DNA of 64,000 bases, taken from assembly GCA_965235115.1 (NCBI GenBank), contig OZ249442.1, positions 27,714,001 to 27,778,000 on the forward strand, read 5' to 3'. Both the position numbers and the translations under genes were made by a program. Position 1 is the first letter of the stretch, and each line of letters starts with the position of its first letter. A model generated the notes under the pieces. That model had not been told where the DNA came from. It saw nothing but the letters and a program-made list of their open reading frames with translations, and did not search any database. Positions 28,035 through 40,700 of this stretch are shown in pieces. The DNA comes from Laetmonice hystrix (taxonomy: Eukaryota).

Positions 28035-29095
28035 GCAGCTAAAGAGTTATTAAAGAGTGAGGGACCCATGTTTTGAGTCGCATACTTATCTTGATCAGCC
28101 ATGCATCGGTTGTCCCTTTCCAGGGCAGACACACACACAGACAGACAGACAGACAGACAGCTCACTACACCTCAACACGACATGCCAACCTTCGCCTCCT
28201 CCAAGGATTAACCGCAGTTCGTTCCCCTTGACCTACCTTTGGAATATCCTCTATATATGCCATAATATACACAAATATAACTCACAGAGATCACTTTGTC
28301 ATACGTCCGAACCAGAATAACCTTTATCTCCGAGTACTGAGAGTATTCACCGGTCGGACCTGTTCCTCACGGTATTTGGCACTCACTCTTGTCCGTTATG
28401 TGACAAGCAAATGTATATTTTTATATAAGTATAAAAGTATGGCGGTCTGCGGGTTGCCATGGTTTGGGAATGTCCTCAGTGTCTGTAACGAGCCATGAGA
28501 GCGGGCACGGTTCCCGACCACGGTAATTTCCAGCCAGCTTGGCCCGTACCTTCACGATGTCTACTGCTGGGCAGCCGTCGATCATAACCACTGAATATTC
28601 TCATTTCTTTCAGACTGACGAAACACAACTTACCTCTTTGTCTCCGGACAACTTCTGTGACTGGATGATAAAGGAGAGAGAAGACGACGTCTTCAGAAGG
28701 ACAGTGCTCAAGGTTTTAACCCAGGGTCATGCCTGCCTGTATACCTCTGTCCAGCCGGGCCTGCATGCCCCTCGCATGACAAAACCATCTAACCCGCCTT
28801 TCCACAGATTTGCAGAAAATTATATCCACAGGCAAATGAGCTGACCTACATTAGACAGACACCTGTTGTCCTGTCAAAAACACATAGTTTAGGTCGACAG
28901 GCATGCTTAAGTTCCTTTGGTGGGGGTCGCTCGCTCTGAAAATCTTGTTGGAGGGCGGGTGGGGGGGGGGGGGGGGGGTGACTGACAGAGGGTGACCTAC
29001 GAGCAATGTTATAGAATGTGTGCCTTCAGGTTCTAGGAGACACCGTCAAGGTCTGGTAGCCTACACTACCAAGTAACAAAATGTCTTTGTGTTAA

Positions 29096-29414
29096 AGGGG
29101 CATATTATAAGAAAACGTGAAAAATCGGTCTTTTATGAAATTTATGAAGCTCCCTTGCTGGCCATATGGACAAACGGCTCCAACCATCGTTTGCACGTGG
29201 CTTTTGTTGATCGATCGAGTGCAACTGCTGAATTGTTTACAACTAAGCGAAGCACGTGACTAAGCACATCCAAAAAGTGCACACGCAGGATGTGACACAG
29301 TATGCAATTACACGTGTTGATGGGAGGTTGTCTACCCAATTATGGCGGGAGATGTGCTATCGGGAGAAATCTATGCGTTTGGTCGTATAGAATCTACTTG
29401 TGCTGCATACGCAG
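29096..29414 (-). mobile_element. Truncated, inverted second copy of the Kolobok-type element
   Basis: TTAA|AGGGGCATATTATAAGAAAACG matches the right end of 18527-19054; ~29210-29414 is the reverse complement of ~18648-18845. Confidence 0.75.
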
Positions 29415-29951
29415 TCACATTGTGACTATCAGTAAATAAAGGTGCAGGAATGCCATTGTAAGCAAGGTGGAAATTCATGGAATAATTTGTTAAAATAATT
29501 TTCCAGGCCTGGAAAGTCATGGAATTTTGCATCACGTCATGGAAAGTCATGGGATTTAAATGTGGGGGAAAGCTTTGCCTGATTTCGAAAATGGAAACTA
29601 TAAAGACCCCAATTTTGGTTACAAATTTGTTCATAAATTGTTAATAAAATCACAAAGATTAGATGGTATATATTCTTTTTTAATCATATTTTTATTTTTC
29701 GCCCAAGACATTTACAATGATACAAAACAAGACATTTACAATGATAAGAAACGACATTGACAATGTGCCTGTCTTTGATAGTAGATGGTGGTTGATCGAC
29801 AGGAGTCCTTCCCGCACACCAACGAGCGAAGCGACCTCTAGCGAGTAGGACGGTTCTTTCCGACTTTAGCGCCTCTAGCGGTCACGCACTGCATAGCCGC
29901 ATAGCGGCGCTAGGGGCATTATGCAAGACGTCAGATCTACATGTGTGAATG

Positions 29952-30150
29952 CAGTGGCGGATCCGGGGGGGGGGGCTTTGGGAGCTTAGCCCCCCCCCCC
30001 CCGAACTGACTCCAAGGTTATCATTTTACAGTGTGTCTACGGCGCACCTAAGAGGTTATTATGCATAGTATAACATACATCAAGCCCCCCCAGTTGCAAA
30101 ATCCTGGATGTAGCCCCCCCCCCAGTAGCAAAATCCTGGATCCGCCCCTG
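29952..30150. mobile_element. MITE, CAG(T/G)GGCGGATCC TIRs, 5-bp TSD (gaatg)
   Basis: gaatg|CAGTGGCGGATCC ... GGATCCGCCCCTG|gaatg. Confidence 0.85.
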
Positions 30151-30270
30151 GAATGCGTACAAAAGAAAGAGAATCCAACAATTTAACAGAAAAGTTACTT
30201 TCATGGAACTCTAAAGTTTTAAGAAGTTATCCTAGAATATTTTCTTTGAAAAAAAAAGATTGCGCCAAGC

Positions 30271-31746
30271 AGGACCTACCAATCAGGGTGTCATTGTCTG
30301 TCAGACTACCTGCCTAACAGGACCTACCAATCAGGGTGTCATTGTCTGTCAGACTACCTGCCCAACAGGACAAACCAATCAGGGTGTCATTGTCTGTCAG
30401 ACTACCTGCCCAACAGGACCTACCAATCAGGGTATCATTGTCTGTCAGACTACCTGCCCAACAGGACAAACCAATCAGGGTGTCATTGTCTGTCAGACTA
30501 CCTGCCCAACAGGACCTACCAATCAGGGTGTCATTGTCTGTCAGACTACCTGCCCAACAGGACCTACCAATCAGGGTGTCATTGTCTGTCAGACTACCTG
30601 CCCAACAGGACCTACCAATCAGGGTGTCATTGTCTGCCAGACTACCTGCCCAACAGGACCTACCAATCAGGGTGTCATTGTCTGTCAGACTACCTGCCCA
30701 GCAGGACCTACCAATCAGGGTGTCATTGTCTGTCAGACTACCTGCCCAACAGGACCTACCAATCAGGGTGTCATTGTCTGTCAGACTACCTGCCCAACAG
30801 GACCTACCAATCAGGGTGTCATTGTCTGTCAGACTACCTGCCCAACAGGACCTACCAATCAGGGTGTCATTGTCTGTCAGACTACCTGCCTAACAGGACC
30901 TACCAATCAGGGTGTCATTGTCTGCTAGACTCCCTGCCCAACAGGACCTACCAATCAGGGTGTCATTGTCTGCCAGACTCCCTGCCCAACAGGACCTACC
31001 AATCAGGGTGTCATTGTCTGCCAGACTACCTGCCCAACAGGACCTACCAATCAGGGTGTCATTGTCTGTCAGACTACCTGCCCAACAGGGCCTACCAATC
31101 AGGGTGTCATTGTCTGTCAGACTCCCTGCCCAACAGGACCTACCAATCAGGGTGTCATTGTCTGTCAGACTACCTGCCCAACAGGACAAACCAATCAGGG
31201 TGTCATTGTCTGTCAGACTACCTGCCCAACAGGACCTACCAATCAGGGTATCATTGTCTGTCAGACTACCTGCCCAACAGGACAAACCAATCAGGGTGTC
31301 ATTGTCTGTCAGACTACCTGCCCAACAGGACCTACCAATCAGGGTGTCATTGTCTGTCAGACTACCTGCCCAACAGGACCTACCAATCAGGGTGTCATTG
31401 TCTGTCAGACTACCTGCCCAACAGGACCTACCAATCAGGGTGTCATTGTCTGCCAGACTACCTGCCCAACAGGACCTACCAATCAGGGTGTCATTATCTG
31501 TCAGACTACCTGCCCAGCAGGACCTACCAATCAGGGTGTCATTGTCTGTCAGACTACCTGCCCAACAGGACCTACCAATCAGGGTGTCATTGTCTGTCAG
31601 ACTACCTGCCCAACAGGACCTACCAATCAGGGTGTCATTGTCTGTCAGACTACCTGCCCAACAGGACCTACCAATCAGGGTGTCATTGTCTGTCAGACTA
31701 CCTGCCCAACAGGACCTACCAATCAGGGTGTCATTGTCTGTCAGAC
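30271..31746. repeat. Minisatellite, 48-bp unit, ~30 copies
   Basis: Unit caggacctaccaatcagggtgtcattgtctgtcagactacctgcccaa. Confidence 0.97.
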
Positions 31747-32130
31747 TTGCCATTTCATACGAGCCATTTCTGGCTAGCCACGAAGTTGCAGCGCCCACTG
31801 TTTACAAACCCAGAAGAAAATTAAACTCTCTCTCTCTCTAAACACCAAGATGTCGATTACGATTGACCGAATATTTATTCCTTCATATATGTACAGTAAA
31901 GACAGATCTTGTCGGTTGTATTTTTAGATTCATTGATTGGTGCAATACAGGACTTTCAAATTGTGTTTCTGGTTCAACAACTGCTTGCCTCTAAGGTCGA
32001 CGCTGTGATGGTCCTGATCAGTACTGCTATTACAGTGATTGTGTTATATAGGTTCACACAACAAAACAACAACCTTACAAGTCATTAATCTTTTTTATAC
32101 AGAATCAATGGAAGTGTCGAATAAATGTCT

Positions 32131-33081
32131 TGGCCTGGTCAATGTGGTAGGACGCACAAAGGTAGGTCTGGTCAATGTGGTAGGACGCACAAAGGTAGGT
32201 CTGGTCAATGTGGTAGGACAGACAAAGGTAGGCCTGGTCAATGTGGTACGACAGACAAAGGTAGGCCTGGTCAATGTGGTAGGACGCACAAAGGTAGGCC
32301 TGGTCAATGTGGTAGGACAGACAAAGGTAGGTCTGGTCAATGTGGTAGGATAGACAAAGGTAGGCCTGGTCAATGTGGTAGGATAGACAAAGGTAGGCCT
32401 GGTCAATGTGGTAGGACGCACAAAGGTAGGTCTGGTCAATGTGGTAGTACAGACAAAGGTAGGCCTGGTCAATGTGGTAGGGCGACAAAGGTAGGCCTGG
32501 TCAATGTGGTAGGATAGACAAAGGTAGGCCTGGTCAATGTGGTAGGACAGACAAAGGTAGGCCTGGTCAATGTGGTAGGACAGACAGAGGTAGGCCTGGT
32601 CAATGTGGTAGGACAGACAGAGGTAGGCCTGGTCAATGTGGTAGGACAGACAAAGGTAGGCCTGGTCAATGTGGTAGGACAGACAAAGGTCGGGCTGGTC
32701 AATGTGGTAGGACAGACAAAGGTAGGCCTGGTCAATGTGGTAGGACAGACAGAGGTAGGCCTGGTCAATGTGGTAGGACAGACAAAGGTGGTCAATGTGG
32801 TAGGACAGACAAAGGTAGGCCTGGTCAATGTGGTAGGACAGACAGAGGTAGGCCTGGTCAATGTGGTAGGACAGACAAAGGTGGTCAATGTGGTAGGACA
32901 GACAAAGGTAGGCCTGGTCAATGTGGTAGGACAGACAAAGGTAGGCCTGGTCAATGTGGTAGGACAGACAAAGGTAGGCCTGGTCAATGTGGTAGGACAG
33001 ACAAAGGTAGGCCTGGTCAATGTGGTAGGACAGACAAAGGTAGGCCTGGTCAATGTGGTAGGACAGACAAAGGTAGGCCTG
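32131..33081. repeat. Minisatellite, 33-bp unit, ~29 copies, just downstream of the Kelch stop codon
   Basis: Unit ggtcaatgtggtaggacagacaaaggtaggcct; two 27-bp deletion units lie 93 bp apart. Confidence 0.96.
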
Positions 33082-33266
33082 ACCTCTGTGGAAGGCCAGG
33101 TAAAGGTAGGTAACTCTAGACATGATCATAAGCCATAAACTAATTAATGAACAATGAAGTCGCAACAAATTACATAATCTTGATTAGAAAATATATTCCT
33201 GAATGACTAACATAGATCTACGGCTAATATTTACCCCCGTATGACCGTCTAGAAATACATGATAAC

Positions 33267-34732
33267 TTAGGTCCCGGGGATCTGTGACATCGGTACATCT
33301 GTGACACAGACTGGGGAACAAGTGGCTTCAGCCGGGAGTCTGACGTCATCAGTCACAGTGATCTGACCCGTCACCATGTCAACCACTGTCACGTCACGTG
33401 TGATGTCAAACGTCCCGTCATCCTTATAGTAACCCCCTCCGACCACATAGAGCGTGTTACCCACGACCACGGACCCTGCCTGGAAGTGACCCCATGACAG
33501 TGTGGTCAGCACTGACCACTGCTGTGTGACCGTGTCAAACACCTCCACAGGCAGCACGTTACGACACTTACCGTCCACTATGTCCCTCCCCCCACACACC
33601 ACCACCCGACCCGGTACGGACCCCGCTGTGTGGGACTCTCGGCGGTTTATCATGGACGGAGCTGTGGTCCACTCCTCCCGTCCCTCGTCATACGTACACA
33701 CACTGGCGCTGATATCGCCATGCTCAACCCGGCCACCGGTGACGTACACCATCCCTCCACACACAGCAGCAGCGTGGGAGGACCGTGGGTGAGGCACGGC
33801 GGCCACCGGCGTCCATGTGAGGGACGCCAAGTCAAACCGCTCACATGACGAGAGGGGTTGGGATCCGTCAAGTCCCCCGACGGCCAGCACAGCCTGCCCA
33901 CTGGGCAAGGTGGAAACACTGAACCATCTCCGGGCAGTGGTCATGGGTGGCAGTTGGTGCCACGTGGACGTCAGGAACGATAACAGCCACGGACCCTTTC
34001 TTGTCTGGCGACTATTGAGTTTATCTTCCCCACCTATGATAATCAGGTACGGGCCAAAGGACACAGCTTGAGCACTTACAGTTCTGACTTGTAGAGGTGT
34101 GGTTAAAGTGATCCACGGTTGAAGCCGGCCGTCTGGGGACAGTGGGGCGACCATTATGGCGGGGATCGGAACACAACCCCCCACCACAGCCACACAGCGG
34201 GTCGTCAGGACCACATCTGTCGGGTTAACGAGACCCAGGTCAGACACTGCCCTCTCCACCAACACCTCCCCCACGTCAAGGGGTCCCTTAGATAACATGT
34301 CGCCTACACGATCAGTCAGTTTAAGTTCAGTAATCAGCTTGTTTATCTGTTCAACCCGAGTTTGTCTCGCTGCCACTCGAAACGTTTCTTTGAATCCTTC
34401 AACACTGAACATTGTGGCCACCTGGCGGACGGTATGAACGTTTTCAGGGGTCACGTTGAGTACACCGGTGTACAATACATCCAACATTACACCAAGTCCT
34501 ACCGCCGACGTGTTCTTAAGTCCCACCCTGTGGCCCTTAACCTTTGACAGTTGATCTTTGATGACCGGGGAGTAGGACTCGATGAATTGAGAATGGACGG
34601 GGAACTTGACGCCTTCCACTACCAGTTCCTTATCGAAACCTTTGCACTGAGATCGCTGTCCCTTGTAGTATTCCGTAGTTTTATTCAGGTGTCCCCGGGC
34701 TGTGCAACTCTGAGCTGTGCGTGTGGCCACTT
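33267..34732 (-). CDS. Terminal exon encoding a BTB/POZ domain plus six Kelch repeats (kelch-like protein, no BACK domain)
   Basis: BTB: DKELVVEGVKFPVHSQFIESYSP...LGVMLDVLYTGVLNVTPENVHTVRQVATMF. Six GG motifs (VVGG, IIGG, AVGG, VTGG, VCGG, VVGG) with downstream W residues. Phase-1 acceptor ttatttggacag|AA at 34732; TAA at 33267. Confidence 0.92.
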
Positions 34733-37700
34733 CTGTCCAAATAACAAAATGACGGGAAGGATCAGGAATTGTTTTCACAAAATGATTTGTATATTTATTG
34801 GTTGCAAAATGCTTAATCTTAAAAATTGTAAGTTGCACAATAAATTATTTTTTGGTAAATATAGTGACTGATGCAGACAGACTGATGCAGACACGTGTTT
34901 AAGTGTTGAAGAAAATATCAAAATAACATTACCATTATGACAAAATTAAGGGGGGGGGAGACTGAATTTAATTTAAGAGGAGGGGGCCCATTGGGAGCCC
35001 AGTGCTGACCCTAACGATCCTAAGCTTGGACTTACTTCTGACTGAGTGTAAAATGAATGGATATAGAGGCCCCGTTACACCTATACAACCATGTGGTCCA
35101 GCTTGGACTTACTTCTGACTGAGTGTAAAATGAATGGATATAGAGACCCCGTTACACCTATACAACCATGTGGTCCAGCTTGGACTGACTGCTGACTGAG
35201 TGTAAAATGAATGGATATAGAGACCCCGTTACACCTATACAACCATGTGGTCCAGCTTGGACTTACTTCTGACTGAGTATCCAAGCCGTTGGATGACCTG
35301 CGTCTGTCCGCTCACCCGGAGCACCTTCAGGAAGCCGTACACCTGGTCGAGTGGTTTCTGCTGGAGGAACTCTAGCAGCCGGAGGTTCCTCTCCCGTAAC
35401 GCCCTGTCTGGCTCTCGCTGGAAAAACAGTAATCATATATCTTAGGTACAATCATATCAGGGATAGGTCGGATATTTCCCTGAAATTGAATTGAAAAGGA
35501 CTTTAGTTTTTTTACCCACTTTGTTTTGGTCATTTTTAGTCATAAGTCACAGGAAAAGGATGATATCTGTACCTAATTTAAGGTATAAGACAAATACCTT
35601 ATCTGTGATGTGTTGACCAACATATTTCTAAAATATTTTTCAATACTTTCTGCGCATTAACGTACTTTACCTCATTTAAAGGGGGGGGGGCAATACGTCA
35701 TGAGGCAAAGACCTTCGCCCTCAAGTGTTGTAACGTTTCTCATACTAGTTCTCACCTTCACTCGTTCCGTTTCCGACGCGTTGAGTATAGTTTTACAAAG
35801 ACCTACGTCCAAGATGGCGTCTGGGTCGATGAGGTCCCGGATATCTGACGTTGCGTCCTGAAGGTCTTTCTTTACCAGCTGTTCAAGGGTCATTGAGTCC
35901 AGGATAGTTTGTGTCACAATCGCTGGGTCCTCCGTTTGGACATGCTGCTCTGAGGTGTCGGGTCCATCTGTCTGGATGACTTGGTCCGATGTGTCGGGTC
36001 CATCTGTCTGGATGACTTGGTCTGACGTGTCGGGTCCATCTGTAGGATGGAGGAGTTGGTCTGAGGTGTCAGGTCCATCTGGAGGATGGACAAGTTGGAC
36101 CGAGGTGTCGGGTCCATCTGGAGGATGGATGAGTTGGACTGAGGTGTCGGGTCCATCTGTCTGGCTGAAGCGATTAGAGGTTGATGCTCCTGCAATAAAA
36201 ATCCCTTTAGGGCCTATACTGTGACGTAGGTCCGTGCAATTGTACGTGTGCATGTTAGAGTTTGTAGGCCTATATCATTATGTACTGATTAATGCTGCCT
36301 ACTGTAGGCCGACCTAGTTAATGTATGTAGGCTACTAATGTAGGCCTAGTATGTACGCCAAGTGTATGTAAGCATGTACCTATGTGTGTAATGTCTATGT
36401 AGGCCTAATCCTATGTAGGGTATGTAAGCATGTACCTATGTGTGTATAGTAATGTGTATGTATAGGCCTAAGCATGTGCCACATAATATTATGTATCTCT
36501 CATCGTCTTACTCAGCGCTCTCACGTGGCCAGGTTCATCACTTAAAGCCAGCCGTTCCATCCTTCCCTTTATAAAAGAAATAGACGGAAACAAAAATAGA
36601 AGTAAAGTTCTGTTCAGGACAAAAAAACATTGAAAGATTAAAGCCGCTCCCCGATTAGGCCTATAATTCACATATACAGACTGGGAGAACCCGTGCCAGG
36701 AATGTCGTAAATTTCGCTGAAGCTGTTTCAGACAATATTACAAGCGGCCTATACTGCATGGCCCTCCAACCATGTTGCCCTTGATTGGCTAAATCCTCAT
36801 TTGGCTGATTGGCTAAGAAAAGCTAGCATTCCTGTTCGAGAGGCCCAACTCCCTGGCTGACACAGCAGTCTATTGGAGTTACGTCTCGACATAATCTCTT
36901 CACTCACCTGGAGTTCAGACACCTCGTCTCCAGACAGAACACCAAGGTCTGCCATCTTTGGTAAAAGTTGTTCAAACACCCTGAAATCGTCTGGTATCGT
37001 CACTGTAAGAACGGTTACACCAGAGACCTTATTCACAAAGCACACGCAAGACTTACGTGACCGCAAAACTATCATCCTCCAACTGTTTAATAATCGTTTT
37101 CGGTCCGCAAGTCTTGCGTGTGTTTTGTGAATAAGGTCCCAGGACAGTATTAACGGGATCCGATAGATGTCGCTGGTTGGTCTATGTAACTCGATCCGTG
37201 GGTGAATTAGGGGTTTACTGTGTTGTGCCATGTTGCAGGTCGTCTATTAAACCAACACGGCGAGAACAAAAAATAGCAAGAGTTCTTAATACCGATCACA
37301 CAGACGTGGGTGGACATACCAAAGCCTGGTCCTGCAATGCAACCAACTTCTCGACCAGCCCTGTATCTAACTGAGATCTTTGTAACTGAGATTCTAGGGG
37401 GAACGTTGAGGGAAAATTCTCTGTTTCGGGTCTCCGATCAGGCATCATGGCCCAATTTATGGGTAACTACTATATCCGACAAATACTGATAATATATTTC
37501 CACGGGTGGTGCAAGTTAGGTGACAGGTGGCGGGTTTACCACCAGGGGGCGGTACAGTCTCGTAGCCATAGGTAGGCCTAGCGGCTGGCGGATATAGAGT
37601 ATGCTTGCTTGCCTCCACATATCATGTCCAATTCGTGTTCACAATCTACCAGTAAGGTATACTCCCTTCTATATTCTAATTAATACCATTTTCTTTCCTA

Positions 37701-40700
37701 TTTCGTTTATGTTTTATTTACCAACAAATGGCTGGGGGAGAGTGTTTCACTCTATGTCCAACTGTCCCTAGGTCATCTGTTCTGGTCGTTTCTGTCCACC
37801 TCGAGTGAACACATGGCGGGAACAACTTCCGGTCACCATTTAATTTATCGAGTACGTTCGTTCGTTCGTTCGTTCGTGCGTGCGTGCGTACTTGGGTCCG
37901 TTCATTCACAGAGCATGTGCATGGGGTCTCCCAAACCATGAACAATCGGTCCGTCCTATTTCGGGGCTATAATTTCTTATATCAGTATTCGCAACATTTG
38001 TACCAGCGAAAATAGATTTCAAATATTGCATTGTTCTCGTGGAAATCGCGGATATTTCTGTCACGAATTTCGGAACATTGGTTGCGGACTCTACACTACA
38101 ACAACACAATGTTCAAACGATTGCAAATGGCGGCAATCTTTGTCTTGGCATGCATTCCAGCTAGTTTTTGTAATTTTTTCCACCATCAGGCCATTCCGGG
38201 GGCAACTTCACAGGTGCATGTCTAGCCTACAGTACCCATATAGGCTAGGATGTGTTAACAAAATCAATATAAGAAACATTCAATGTCATAAAGTACGTCA
38301 GTGGTGAGTAGCACTAGGTGAGCATAAATCTGAAGATTCCCGTCGATTTGGCGGATGATATACTCCCTTTACAATAACTTCAGAGCCCCTCAGAAGCGAC
38401 CTCTGTCGGGGAAAACAACGAAGGGCAAGACTCAGTAGTGCAGTAACTTACCGGCAGGTGGCAGGAGGGAAGCGACGTGTTCTCTACCAGTAACCATCAA
38501 AGAGTCTATGAGCTTGGCATAGTGCCACATTGACCTCCTTGACATCAGGTCAAAGAACAGGATTGATCGGGCATTTCCAGCAGGCTTCGCCTGAAACAAA
38601 ATACACACTAGAAAATCCCAGTTAAGATAAGATATATAGTTTATATAGTGCTAAAACTGTATGAAATACGGTAATTATTTGAAATAATTTTCTTGGACGG
38701 AGGTCGGGGGGGGGGGGGGTCAGACCTTGATCATACTTGGGGAAAATGTCACGACAGCTCCTACTAGGATAAGTTACCTTAACCTCCTCAGTGACAGAGA
38801 TGTTGAGGACCTCTTCCTTTTGTAAGTGATTCAGGAACTCATCGTTGATCCACAGGTTCTCCCTGGAAGCCACTCTCTGAGACATCAGACGCTGTCTAAT
38901 GTGGGATTGGAGAGGGTGGTCACGTAATGTGGCATCACGAGCCTGGAAACGGAACGAAAGGAGAGTGAGAGGGGGGCACCAGTCCACAGGGGCAGAACCT
39001 AAGGGGGATTCAGAATTACTCCCTCCACCAAAAGTCAAACAAAAGAAGAAATAATATCATTAAAATGTTACCTCCCACTCAGCCTTTGTGATTCCGATGT
39101 GTGCCATTGTTGGTTGGTATGAAATCTGAGCTGTGAACCAGGTTTGTAATCTGGAATCAAAGAGGATATATTCTTGACGTCGTCTAGGGGGCACAAATGC
39201 CTTTCAATAGCCAGACGCCCTCGGGAGGCTATATTTCATTATTCATAGGGCTTATAGCTAGGTTATCCCTATACTAGATCTAAATTGTTTCACAAACACT
39301 GCACTGTCTTCAAAAGCTTTACGCGTTCGTACTCATACGTGAAGTCTTCCCCAGAGAAACTCTCTCCAGGCCGGAGGGGAGGTGGGGGGGGGGGGTTGAT
39401 CTTGGTAGGGGCTACTATCTTGTAGGGACGTAGTGCTGACTGTTCTGACCAAAGACATTTCTACAAAGTGGTATTACCACACTACACTAACGCATACGAG
39501 TCTAGACCTAAAGAAACTACGTCTATGCCAACGATAGTGAAATACCACCTCATATGAGGCCAAATAGGGGCATCACTAAACAGCGAACTGGCGAAGTGAA
39601 CGAACTGAGATCGATTAGTTACGCCTCCAGGGGGGATTTCCGATGGGGACTGGCTATAATTGCCACCAACACGGAAACAGCCGACCTAAATTAGTTTGAC
39701 TAATTCAAACATGAAACAGTGTGTTTGGGTTAGGGTAAAGGTTAGGCCTAGAGTTAATGTTAATTTAGACATAGACACTAAAATAGGCACTAACTTCCGG
39801 CCGTGACGTCATACCTAAAGTCACGGGTTTGTAGCATGACGAATCGATCTCGGTTCGCCCAGTTCGCTGTTTATTAATAATATTGTCACAGACACAGAGA
39901 TTGACACTGTAGTGACACAGACCACCATAACACTTCATCATGTCTTTAAAGGTGCTATTCGTGAACAAAAATTCAATTTTTTTATTTTTAATTTTGTTGA
40001 CGTTTATGTGATCCCACCTATCATGGAAATAGATTCACAACAAAGGAAATCAAATTTTTTTATGGATAACGGCACAAATGGGGCTCTCTCAGAAGGCCTG
40101 TGGATACCCTGACAGGCCCCACCATAGGAAATGGCTCTATCTCGGTGCGCACCGAGATAGGTTTCAAATGCTGCACACAAACTAATAGAAGGTTTATCAG
40201 GCCAATGGTATCGGTAAGAATTTTTTCTAGTACTATGTGCACAATGTATGATAGGAGAAATGCCATTCTGTGCGAGACGAATAGCAACCGGTTTAAGTTA
40301 TCAAATGTATCTCCTTACCTGAGAAATAGCAGCAGTGATAGCTTGAATTAGGCTATAGGCCTACTGAACTCTGCGTTACTTCCGAGGCCTACACAACACC
40401 CTACGTGAGAAGTAGGGCACATAGATAATACTTTTTTCTAGTGCTCGATCTATCTGCTTGTTGGTCATTTGAACCAGTAGTCTCCAGAGTACGAGCATGC
40501 GCAGTTTGCCTGCTGGGTGTTGACTAAAGGCCCGGCCCCATTGGCCCAGGCTACCCGATTCCCTCCGACCCGATGGTCGCCGACCCAGGTAGGCCTACTG
40601 CCGACTAATGAGTCGGACTGAAATCACAAGGGTGGCCCAACATAACCGACTAGATGGTCGGACGTAGCCTACAGAAAACTTTGTTGAGCTGTGATTGGTT

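Noticed and set aside
30260-33168. Cys/Thr-rich and VGLVNVVGQTK ORFs
   Set aside because: Minisatellite translations in several frames; no unique coding flanks.
34733-34838. N-terminal 35 aa of the 523-aa Kelch ORF in the track
   Set aside because: AT-rich intronic sequence upstream of the phase-1 acceptor; no true ATG start.
37177-37374. YCVVPCC resembling a THAP domain start
   Set aside because: No downstream THAP residues; antisense to predicted CARD-gene exons.
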